Positions 52,323 to 64,000 of a stretch of DNA of 64,000 nt are shown in pieces. This DNA is from Eledone cirrhosa. Lineage: Eukaryota. Location: positions 21,638,001 to 21,702,000 of the forward strand of contig OZ024763.1 in the NCBI GenBank assembly GCA_964016885.1, in the 5' to 3' direction. The notes below the pieces were generated by a model. The model saw nothing but the letters and a program-made list of their open reading frames with translations. It searched no databases and was not told the origin of the DNA. Numbering within the stretch: position 1 is the stretch's first letter; the number at the start of each line of letters is the position of its first letter. A program made the translations under genes and the position numbers.

Positions 52323-52789
52323 GGTATATCTATAGCTATATATATATATATATATGTGTGTGTGTATATATATAGATATATATATATGTATATATGTGTG
52401 TGTGTGTGTATATATATGTATATATATATATGTGTGTGTATATATATATATGTATATATATGTGTGTGTGTTTATATATATGTATATATATGTGTGTGTA
52501 TATATATATATGTATATATATGTGTGTATGTATATATATATATGTATATATATATGTGTGTGTGTTTATATATATGTATATATATGTGTGTGTATATATA
52601 TATATGTATATATATGTGTGTATGTATATATATATATGTATATATATATGTGTGTGTATATATATATATGTATGTATGTATGTGTGTATATCTATATATA
52701 TATATATGGGTATATATATGTATGTGTGTATATGTATTCTTTTATGTGTACTTTTAATCCTCGTTCATTCATGTTTTTTTCTCTCTTTA

Positions 52790-52833
<44 letters not shown>

Positions 52834-53082
52834 TCCTTTTATTTTAATTATATTATTGAGAATTCTTCAGTGTTGAACTTTGAAACACATTTTGATTTCA
52901 AGGGGGGAGGTACCATATAGATTCCTGGTTGGGGCCTTATAGTTTCTGTTTGTTCTTATAGATTTTTTGTATCTGTGGACTTCGAATAATTGACGACAAC
53001 GAATTCTTATAGCTTACCTCAGGGTATACTTTCAATAGGAGCTATAATAACAAACGCAGATTTCTGTTGATAGGTTTACCAT

Positions 53083-53128
<46 letters not shown>

Positions 53129-53170
53129 GTTTATATATATATATGTTTATATATATATATATATATATAT

Positions 53171-53242
<72 letters not shown>

Positions 53243-53509
53243 GTAAGTATGTATGTATACGTACATACAAACAGTAGCATGTATATATATATATATATAT
53301 ACATACAGGCACACATATATATATACACGTATCAGTTTACCGTATACATACATACTTACATTTAAGTAAGTGCCGTACTAAGAGTGAGAAATGAAATTTC
53401 GTTTCATTCTATTCCATTTATATATATATATATATATATACGGAAAAAATGAAACAAAATTTCATTTCCCACTCTTAGTATGACTGTTACTTAAATATAA
53501 GTATGTACA

Positions 53510-54045
53510 AGTACATACATATATGTATACAGACGTACAGTAGTATGTATATATATATATACATACATGCACACATATATATATGTACGTATGGATTCAC
53601 CGAACATTTATTATAATGCTCGGTGTGTTTGTAAACAAACATCCCGTATTAAGCCGTAGTGTCTAGCAACCATCGTTGCTTGTTTGTTCAACACTGACAA
53701 AGGAACGCTGTACTAGTTTCAAGTTTATTAGCTATCGTCAGCAAATTGAGCTACTCGGCCGTTAATATGCATAAGGTAAGTATATACTTTCTGGCAGGAA
53801 GCTATACGTTGCTGACAATAGCTAATAAGCTTGAAACTAGTACAGCGTTCCTTTGTCAGTGTTGAACAAACGAGCAACGATGGTTGCTAGACACTACGGC
53901 TTAATACGGGATGTTTGTTTACAAACACACCGAGCATTATAATAAATGTTCGGTGAATCCATACGTACATATATATATGTGTGCATATATGTATATATAT
54001 ATACATACTACTGTACGTCTGTATACATATATGTATTTACGTGTA
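53510..54045. mobile_element. Long inverted repeat (~235-bp arms) with a hammerhead at the inner end of each arm
   Basis: Arms ~53510-53744 and ~53809-54045 are near-perfect reverse complements. Confidence 0.8.
53807..53847 (+). ncRNA. Hammerhead ribozyme motif (mirror copy at 53706-53744, minus)
   Basis: cgttg-CTGAC(A/G)A-t-agc-taataa-gct-t-GAAA-ctag-TA-cagcg; plus copy has CTGACAA, minus copy has canonical CTGACGA. Confidence 0.65.
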
Positions 54046-54112
54046 CATACTTATATATATATATATAATTATATATATGTGTGTGTGTGTATGTATATAT
54101 ATATATATATAT

Positions 54113-54315
54113 ATTGTTATACTTTGGGAGGGTCATGTTGCCAATAGGAAACACACGCACCAGTTGCTTTCACTTCAATTGATTATAATAAATTGAAGTG
54201 AAAGCAACTGGTGCGTGTGTTTCTTATTGGCAACATGACCCTCCCAAAGTATAACAATATCGGTTTCAACACACGTTTTCAGATAAAGAATCTTGCTAAA
54301 CAAATTCAGAAACGA
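54113..54315. mobile_element. Family C asymmetric hairpin (~70-bp arms plus ~55-bp tail)
   Basis: attgttatactttgggagggtcatgttgccaata... / ...tattggcaacatgaccctcccaaagtataacaat. Confidence 0.7.
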
Positions 54316-54670
54316 TATATATATATATATATATGTGCGTGTGTGTATATATATATATATATATATACATACATATATATATATATATACATACATATAT
54401 ATATACATACATATATATATATATACATATATATATATGTCTGTGTATGTATATATATACACATATGTATATATATATATATGTGTGTGTGTGTGTATAT
54501 ATATATACACATATGTATATATATATGTATGTATGTATATATGTATGTATATATGTATGTATGTATATATGTATGTATATATGTATGTATATATATATAT
54601 ATGTATGTATGTATATATGTATGTATATATATATATATGTATGTATGTATATATATATATATGTATATAA

Positions 54671-54724
<54 letters not shown>

Positions 54725-54751
54725 ATATATATATATATATGTGTATATATA

Positions 54752-54800
<49 letters not shown>

Positions 54801-54821
54801 ATATATATATATATATGTGTA

Positions 54822-54857
<36 letters not shown>

Positions 54858-55289
54858 CATACATATATATATATATATATATGTATGTATATATATATAT
54901 ATACACACGTGTGTCTGTGTGTGGTTGCTTACACTAGCACAAATGAACACAGCCCAGCCCCCTTTTGACAGTGTCTACATCTATATTCCATTATAGACAT
55001 AGCCAGGAGCATGTAAGATGTGTGGTGTGTATACTTGTGGTGTGTATACTTGTGGTGTGTATACTTGTGGTGTGTATACTTGTGGTGTGCATACTTGTGG
55101 TGTGTATACTTGTGTCAACATGTGTGCATACGCTAACTTGCATGGGCGCATGTCTCGATGCAGACACAAGCATAAGAACAGAGCACGTACACAACAATAT
55201 ATACACATACATCAATATACACCTGTCCATATATACACACACACACACACATATATATATATAAACAAAGCATGTGAACGTTAATATCT

Positions 55290-55489
55290 ATACATACACA
55301 TGTATGTAGATACACATGCATATATATCAATACATACACACATACACATGTATGTATATACACACATATATATATATATATATATATAAATAAACACAAC
55401 TATGTGCATACACATATTTAAACCAACATGTGTATGTATATATCAATACATGCACATGTATGTATATACACATACACATGTATGTATAT

Positions 55490-55522
<33 letters not shown>

Positions 55523-56700
55523 AACACAACTATGTGCATACACATATTTAAACCAACACGTGTATGCATATATATCAATACATACACACATACACATGTA
55601 TGTATATACACACATATATATATATCATCATCATCATCATCATCACCGTTTTACGTCCGTTCTTCCACGCTAGCATGGGTTAGACGGGTTGTCCTGTTGT
55701 GGGCAGTGTCTGGTCGGCTGACCATGCCTTGCTCATACAGGAACTGATCTGGCTTGATTTCTACAGCTGGATGCCTTTCCTAACACCAACCTCATTTACA
55801 GTGAGTGCTGGGTGCTTTTTCGTGGCGCCTACACGTCCACTTTACAGTGTGGGCTGAGTGCTTTTTTGCCGTGGCACCTCCACGACCACCTTGCAGTGGG
55901 GGGAGTGGGGGCATATTGTTTATATGCTTCAGCATGTACCCATGGGAGGTCGGGTACCCTGTATTACTGCGTGACGCCAGAAGTCACGGTCGTGTGTCAT
56001 TGACTTTGAGAGGTGTAGTTGGGTAAGGTTGGCTTTTATCACCTCATCCCAAGTCATCTTGGGTCTCTCCACTCCGCGGTTTCCATCAACTTCTACATCA
56101 ACACATGTATGCATATATATCAATATATACACACATACACATGTATGTATATACACACATATATATATATATATATAAACACAACTATGTGCATACACAT
56201 ATTTAAACCAAGACGTGTATGCATATATATCAATACATACACACATACACATGTATGTATATACACACATATATATATATATATAAACACAACTATGTAC
56301 ATACACATATTTAAACCAACACGTGTATGCATATATATCAATACATACACACATACACATGTATGTATATACACCCATATATATATATATATATAAACAC
56401 AACTATGTGCATACACATATTTAAACCAACATGTGTATGTATATATCAATACATACACATGTATGTATATACACATACACATGTATGTATATACACATAC
56501 ATATATATATATAAACACAGCTATGTACATACAGATATATATATCAACTAACATGTGTATATATAAGTATCTATACATACACATACATATGTATAAAAAC
56601 ACTGCTATGTACATACACATATATATATAACAACTAACATGTGTATGTACATATTTATATATACACATGTATGTATATACACATGTATATATATACACAT
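55290..56700. repeat. ~110-bp degenerate tandem repeat interrupted by an RTE remnant
   Basis: Recurring ataaacacaactatgtgcatacacatatttaaaccaac. Confidence 0.75.
55625..56098 (-). mobile_element. RTE-clade LINE 3' end (second subfamily)
   Basis: RGVERPKMTWDEVIKANL...MTHDRDFWRHAVIQGTR*; 3' UTR shared with the SINE at 5986; (GAT)n tail. Confidence 0.8.
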
Positions 56701-56899
56701 ACATATGTATATAAATACTGCTATATATATCTATATATCTATATACACATGTATATATAGATAACTATAGACTAACAAAGATCATAGTACAATTATTGAC
56801 TGGTAAGCATGTATTTATGCATATATACATACATTCATGCATATATACATACATGCATATAGACATGTTGGTATATGTACATATATATATACAAATAAA

Positions 56900-57281
56900 A
56901 TATAGAGTTATTAACTCATATAGATACCCTGCAATTAACAAGCTCAAAGTATAAATACTGAGCATTATAATAAGAGAGTCGGACACCATGCTTTGAAGCA
57001 TGATCTGAGTTCAAATCCCGCCGAGGTTAACTTTGCCTTTCATCCTTACGGGGTCAATAACATAAAGTACCAGTAATGTACTGGGTAATTGCTGGCCTTG
57101 TGCCTAAAATAGAAACAATTATAATATTAATATGTGTAGAAATACAATAAATTCTGTGTCTAAAATGACGAGGGCAGATTACACCAATCTACCCTCAGAT
57201 TACACCAATCTACCCTCAGATTACACCAATCTACCCTCTTAATTTTAGACACAGGATTTACTGTGTTTCTACACATATTAA
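56900..57281. mobile_element. Hairpin element related to 5640-5927, split by a SINE; loop holds 3 x 21-bp repeat
   Basis: Arms ttaatatgtgtagaaatac...gtgtctaaaat / attttagacac...tctacacatattaa; agattacaccaatctaccctc x3. Confidence 0.6.
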
Positions 57282-58078
57282 TATATATATGTATAAATAT
57301 AAATTTGTCCCGGGTTCAATCGGGGGTAACCACAGTAAGTAAGGTACTCAATACATAGCAGAGTATAGATATTTAATAAAGAAATGGCTTCTACAGGACT
57401 AGAACTGTTTCATTCAGGAGAAATCATCAGGGCTTCCTAATTATATATTATATAGTGGTTAGAGCATTGGCCTTGCAATCAAAAGGTTGTGAATTCAATT
57501 CTCAGACCGGGTGATCTGTTGTTTCCTTGAGCAAGACACTTTATTTCACATTGCTCCAGTTTACTCAGCTGTAGAAATGAGATGATAGGGACTGGGGTCC
57601 ATATCATTCCACTGCAAAGTGGCCGTGGAGGTGCCACGGCAAAAAAGCACCCAGCACTCACTGCAAATGAGGTTGGTGTTAGGAAGGGCATCCAGCTGTA
57701 GAAATCAAGCCAGAATCAGTTCCCATCCCACCCTTGCAACCAGGGAAAAGCAGACGTAAAATGAAATGATGATATATATATATATATAAATGTAATCTGA
57801 GTGTTTCGAATATTAATAACAACATTCGATTTATTTGCATTTATTGTATTCAGCCATGTAGAGTGAACATTTTTTTTTTATGTATATATATATAACAATG
57901 AAAACAAAATACGAAGTTTAGTCCTTAATCAGTTCATTGTTTTACAATCGTTTCAGAAGGTTAATTGATCATAATAAATCAATACACTGACTAACCAATA
58001 GTAGTTATGTAACCACATATTATTAGTCACCAAGCTATAGATCCCACCTGCTTCCTCAGAAACAATACATATAAATAG

Positions 58079-58135
<57 letters not shown>

Positions 58136-58222
58136 GAAGGAGTTGTGGTAAGGAACCAGTTGTGATAAGTCCAGAAATAGCCGTCGAAACGGCTTGAGCT
58201 CTGCCGTCGGGGTCATACTTTT

Positions 58223-58257
<35 letters not shown>

Positions 58258-58353
58258 TTACCATTCTTTCATGCTAGCATGTGTTAGACAGGTTCTTCTG
58301 TTGTGGGCAGTGTCCGGTCGACTGACTTTGTCTTGCTCATATATGTAAGCAAC

Positions 58354-58396
<43 letters not shown>

Positions 58397-58404
58397 ATAT
58401 ATAT

Positions 58405-58613
58405 AATAGAATACTGGCGGGTTATATCTGTAGTAGTAGAGCACTCAGTCCATGGGAAGAGGTGGTAGAAGTGGTTACACAACAGTTAGTTCACCATTAC
58501 CGAGAACAATTGTTTCACCTTATTCAGATCATCAGTTCGGTCTAAAAGCTGCGGATCTGAATAAGGTGAAACATTTTTTCTCTGTATGGTGAACTAACTA
58601 TTGTGGAACTACT
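58405..58613. mobile_element. Asymmetric hairpin element with a hammerhead at the turn (58499-58541, minus)
   Basis: accga-a-CTGATGA-tctgaataaggt-GAAA-caattg-TT-c-tcggt; related fragment at 34795-34922. Confidence 0.6.
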
Positions 58614-59986
58614 TATATATATACGTGTGTGTGTGTGTGAATAGGAGCTTTTTGTTGAATCTCCAGTCTGATGAGCAGATCAGAGTTGGAGTCAGGTCCA
58701 TAATTTCGAAGGGCGACCATGAACCATTCCATTGCGAAACATGTTGATACATAATTGTTTCTACTTTAGGCACAAGGCCAGCAATTACCCAGTGTATTAC
58801 TGGTACTTTATGTTATCGACCCCATAAGGATGAAAGGCGAAGTTAACCTCGGCGGGATTTGAACTCGGAATGGCAAGGGCCGTAACTCTATGCATCAAAG
58901 CATGGCGTCCGACCCTCTACCGATACTGCCAATCCACCGCCCGTGGATACATAACGTTGATTACATAATTGATTCTACTTTAGGCACAAGGCCAGCAATA
59001 ACCCAGTGCATTACTGGTACTTTATTTTATCGCCCCCGTAAGGATGAAAGGCAAAGTCAATCTCGGCGGGATTTGAACTCAGATCGTAAAGGGACGTAAC
59101 TCTATGCTGGAAAGCATGGCGTCCGACCCTCTACCGATACTGCCAATCCACCGTATACAGACTTCAACAACATTCTAATAAATATTGCCTCTACAGGTAA
59201 TCAAAGTGTAAATATATTTTTTGGGGGGACCCCCTCTATATATATATCTATACATGAGTGTATGTATATATATATATAAGTTTATGTATATATATATATA
59301 ACTGTATGTATATATACATACATATAGTCCTGTAGAAGCCATTTCTATATTATGTATTAAATATTTATATTCTGCTATATATTGAGTACCTTACTTACTG
59401 TGGTTACCTCCAATTGAACCCGGGATATATATATAATGAAGGAAGTGTGGTAAAGAACCAGATGGACCACAATGCACCAGAGTACTCAATACTTAGGGTA
59501 GTAGAGTGGGTAATAGGAAAATGTTTAACCCCGACGGCAGAGCTCAAGCTGTTTCAGCAGCTATTTCTAGTCCAGAAATAGCCGCTTGCAATCGAAAGGT
59601 TGTGAGTTCAATTCTTAGACCGGGTGATGTGTTGATTCCTTGAGCAAGACACTTTATTTCACATTGCTCCAGTTTACTCAGCTGTAGAAATGAGATGATA
59701 GGACTGGGGTCCCTATCATTCCACTGCAAAGTGGTTGTGGAGGTGCCACGGTAAAAAAGCACCCAGTACTCACTGTAAATGAGGTTGGTGTTAGGAAGGG
59801 AATCCAGCTGTAGAAATCAAGCCAGAATCAGTTCCCGTCCCACCCTTGCAAGCAGGGAAAAGCGGACGTAAAATGATGATGATGATGATGATATCTGCAT
59901 ATATATTTGTATATATAAATATATTTATACATGAAAAATATATATATATACACACATACATATATATGTATGTGTATATATATGTA

Positions 59987-60185
59987 AGAAAATGTTCAAG
60001 ACCCCGACGGCAGAGCTCAAGCCGTTTCGACGGCTATTTCTGCACAGTCCAGATATAGCCATCGAAACGGCTTGAGCTCTGCCGTCGGGGTCTTGAACAT
60101 TTTCCTATTACCCACTCTACTACCCTAAGTATTGAGTACTCTGGTGTGTTATGGTCCACCTGGTTCCTTATCACACTTCCTTCGT
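59987..60185 (+). mobile_element. Family A asymmetric hairpin element
   Basis: As 33398-33604; another copy at 59434-59584 is truncated by a SINE. Confidence 0.75.
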
Positions 60186-60279
60186 TATATATATATCTGT
60201 ATATATGTGGGTACATATGTATATATACACACACATATATATATATATATACATATGTGTATATATATATATGTATATA

Positions 60280-60311
<32 letters not shown>

Positions 60312-60347
60312 CACACACATATATATATATATACATATATATATATA

Positions 60348-60387
<40 letters not shown>

Positions 60388-60473
60388 TATATATATGTAT
60401 ATATATATATGTGTGTGTATATATATATATATATACACACACACATATATATATATATAATATATATACATAT

Positions 60474-60564
<91 letters not shown>

Positions 60565-60784
60565 TATATATATACATATATATATATATGTGTGTATACA
60601 TATTTGTATATATAAATATATTTATACATGCACAACATATATATATATATATCATCATCATGCTTTTCCATTCTTGCATATCTATATATTTATATATACA
60701 CACATACAATATATATATATATATTGTTTAAATCTAAATCTCTGTTGTATGCTGTACCATAAAATTACATCTACTCTTCCACAC

Positions 60785-60830
60785 CATCTGCTGCCATAGG
60801 TAACAAAGTATGACCACAATGATCAGTTGA
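60785..60830 (-). CDS. Candidate 46-nt exon ([15 protein letters not shown])
   Basis: Branch-point-like ctaat plus tgtgttacag acceptor; donor GTGTGG is weak; phase 0 to 1. Confidence 0.4.
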
Positions 60831-60952
60831 CTGTAACACAATTAGTAAAGTTTCTATGGAAAATATTAGCTATTGTTACAGTCATTTTAACAGAGCAGAA
60901 ACTGGTATAGAATAGACTTATAGTTTATTTAGTGAGTGTATATATATATACA

Positions 60953-61012
<60 letters not shown>

Positions 61013-61013
61013 A

Positions 61014-61105
<92 letters not shown>

Positions 61106-61283
61106 GTATACGTACATACATATATGTATACAGGCGTACACATTATATATATGTATATATACATACTTGTATTTAAGTATCAGCCGTATTAAGATTGAGA
61201 TATGAAATTTTTATTTTTTTCCATTTACATATATATATATATATATATACATGTATATGTGTATATATATGTGTATATATATA

Positions 61284-61343
<60 letters not shown>

Positions 61344-61554
61344 TATATGTATATATTTATATGTGTATATATTTATATGTGCATATATATATATGTATTT
61401 ATGTATATATATACATTTATATATATATGTATATATATATACAGGTATGTATATATATATATATGTATATATATTTATGTACCATCATGCTCATCATTTT
61501 TTACATCCGTTTTTCCATGCTTGCCTATATGAGCATATATATTTATATATATGC

Positions 61555-61612
<58 letters not shown>

Positions 61613-61704
61613 ACATATATATGTATATACATATATATACACTCATTTATACAGTCTTGCATGACATAAACAAAACTACTGATATTTTTTGTACAAATAC
61701 TAAC

Positions 61705-61812
61705 CTGTAGGTACTGTGACATTATAAGCTGCCATCTTGAATCCCCTCCCTCCTCTTCCTCAACCTCATTCTCCTCCTCCTCCTCATCATCATCATCTCC
61801 ATAGAAACTTAG
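61705..61812 (-). CDS. 108-nt acidic exon ([36 protein letters not shown])
   Basis: Acceptor cttttgtttttag, donor CAG/GTTAGT, only one open frame, phase 0 to 0. Confidence 0.65.
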
Positions 61813-62307
61813 CTAAAAACAAAAGCCTATGGGCAAGACATGTTCACCTTCGTATGACCCATGCAAGCATGGGAAATTAACGTTATACAATGTTGATGAT
61901 GGTGATGGTGGTGGTGATGGTGGTGCTGGTGATGGTGATAATAATGATGTGGATGATGATGATGATGATGGTGGTGTTAACGATGATGATGGTGATGGTG
62001 ATGATGATAGTGATGAGTCTTCCTCTCCTTGTTCCCCCATCTCCCCTACACTGCCACCACCATCATCCTTGTTATCATCAGTAGGTGAAGAAGATGAGGA
62101 TAATTTGGTTAACGACATATGAAACTAGTTCTGATGTTTGCTGAAGTATATATACATATATAAATTATTAAGGCCATTATTTGTATATCTATATAATTAA
62201 AATGAGTTTTATAAACTAATTGGTAAGTAACTCTGAAACTAAATACTAAAATATACAGCCGGTGTGTGTGTGTGTATATATATACATTCTTACACACATA
62301 TTATATG

Positions 62308-62351
<44 letters not shown>

Positions 62352-62584
62352 AGTTAATTAGAAATGATTATTATGACATATGAAGGGTTTTGTTTCATTT
62401 CTACTTGGAATTAGATAGTTTTCAGATCTTTTTTATATTCTTTGTATTAAATCAGGATTTATTTATTAATAAAAAAAATATTGCGCTGTATTTAGGATAA
62501 AAGCAACAGTAATATCATAATACTGGTATTTTATTATTTATTTATGTATATATTTGTTTATTCATTATTATTATTGTTATTATT

Positions 62585-62845
62585 ATCATCATCATCATCA
62601 TTCATAACACGTTCGCTCTGACAGATGTTATACCGACACTATACCGAAGGAATGGACCAAAGCCAATGGCCAAAGGTTCTTTGAGTCATTCTTTCTCCTT
62701 CAACTTTCTAATGCACTTCGTAGAATCCTTGCTGTTTTATAGCAATCCTGTCCTGATGGCAATTCTTATCTCTCAAACCATACAGCCAACCTTCTACTAA
62801 CTGTTCCCAGTGTACCAACCACAATTGGTACCACTTCTACATGTC
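62585..62845 (-). mobile_element. R4/Dong-clade LINE 3' end
   Basis: HVEVVPIVVGTLGTVSRRL...TARILRSALES*, 3' UTR, then (ATG)/(TAA)n. Confidence 0.7.
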
Positions 62846-64000
62846 CAACCTTCTACTAACTGTTCCCAGTGTACCAACCACAGTTGGTACCACTTCTACA
62901 TGTCCAACCTTCTACTAACTGTTCCCAGTGTACCAACCACAATTGGTACCACTTCTACATGTCCAACCTTCTACTAACTGTTCCCAGTGTACCAACCACA
63001 GTTGGTACCACTTCTACATGTCCAACGTTCTACTAACTGTTCCCAGTGTACCATCCACAGTTGGTACCACTTCTACATGTCCAACCTTCTACTAACTGTT
63101 CCCAGTGTACCATCCACAATTGGTACCACTTCTACATGTCCAACCTTCTACTAACTGTTCCCAGTGTACCATCCACAATTGGTACCACTTCTACATGTCC
63201 AACCTTCTACTAACTGTTCCCAGTGTACCATCCACAGTTGGTACCACTTCTACATGTCCAACGTTCTACTAACTGTTCCCAGTGTACCATCCACAATTGG
63301 TACCACTTCTACATGTCCAACCTTCTACTAACTGTTCCCAGTGTACCAACCACAGTTGGTACCACTTCTACATGTCCAACCTTCTACTAACTGTTCCCAG
63401 TGTACCAACCACAATTGGTACCACTTCTACATGTCCAACGTTCTACTAACTGTTCCCAGTGTACCAACCACAGTTGGTACCACTTCTACATGTCCAACGT
63501 TCTACTAACTGTTCCCAGTGTACCATCCACAGTTGGTACCACTTCTACATGTCCAACCTTCTACTAACTGCTCCCAGTGTACCAACCACAGTTGGTACCA
63601 CTTCTACATGTCCAACCTTCTACTAACTGTTCCCAGTGTACCAACCACAGTTGGTACCACTTCTACATGTCCAACCTTCTACTAACTGCTCCCAGTGTAC
63701 CAACCACAGTTGGTACCACTTCTACATGTCCAACCTTCTACTAACTGCTCCCAGTGTACCAACCACAGTTGGTACCACTTCTACATGTCTAACCTTCTAC
63801 TAACTGTTCCCAGTGTACCAACCACAGTTGGTACCTCTTCTACATGTTCAACCTTCTACTAACTGTTCCCAGTGTACCAACCACAGTTGGTACCACTTCT
63901 ACATGTCCAACCTTCTACTAACTGCTCCCAGTGTACCAACCACAGTTGGTACCACTTCTACATGTCCAACCTTCTACTAACTGTTCCCAGTGTACCAACC
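62787..64000. repeat. 59-bp satellite (>20 units, runs off the window)
   Basis: Unit caaccttctactaactgttcccagtgtaccaaccacagttggtaccacttctacatgtc. Confidence 0.95.

Noticed and set aside
53018-53041. 24-nt candidate exon LLLKVYPE with good splice sites
   Set aside because: Phase 0-0 conflicts with the 60785 to 51795 chain; kept only as an alternative if those two exons are wrong
61829-62122. Acidic/Ser-rich ORFs on both strands
   Set aside because: Mostly (GAT/GGT)n plus an RTE-type tail; no convincing splice boundaries

Overview
Eukaryotic, very AT-rich, microsatellite-dense genomic DNA. The SINE/LINE content and (TA)n/(CAT)n load suggest an octopus or other coleoid cephalopod (inference). 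Almost every ORF in the supplied track is a translated simple repeat. The real content has four layers. (1) A minus-strand host gene missed by the ORF track: about 15 short, phase-compatible GT-AG exons (16-163 nt) in the rare unique islands between ~61.8 kb and ~6.4 kb; I do not recognise the protein. (2) Non-LTR retrotransposons: one near full-length, frameshifted Tx1-clade LINE (26.5-31.1 kb) in a (GACA)n tract, plus 3' remnants of Tx1, RTE, CR1, R4/Dong and CRE elements, two tRNA-derived SINE families, and piggyBac-like and Tc1/pogo-like MITEs. (3) Many short (TA)n-embedded elements, often asymmetric hairpins, several carrying recognisable hammerhead ribozyme folds, interpreted as Penelope-like element (PLE) relics; in several the hairpin turns around at the ribozyme. 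(4) At least five minisatellites traceable to pieces of the transposons. All calls were made by eye, without database searches.
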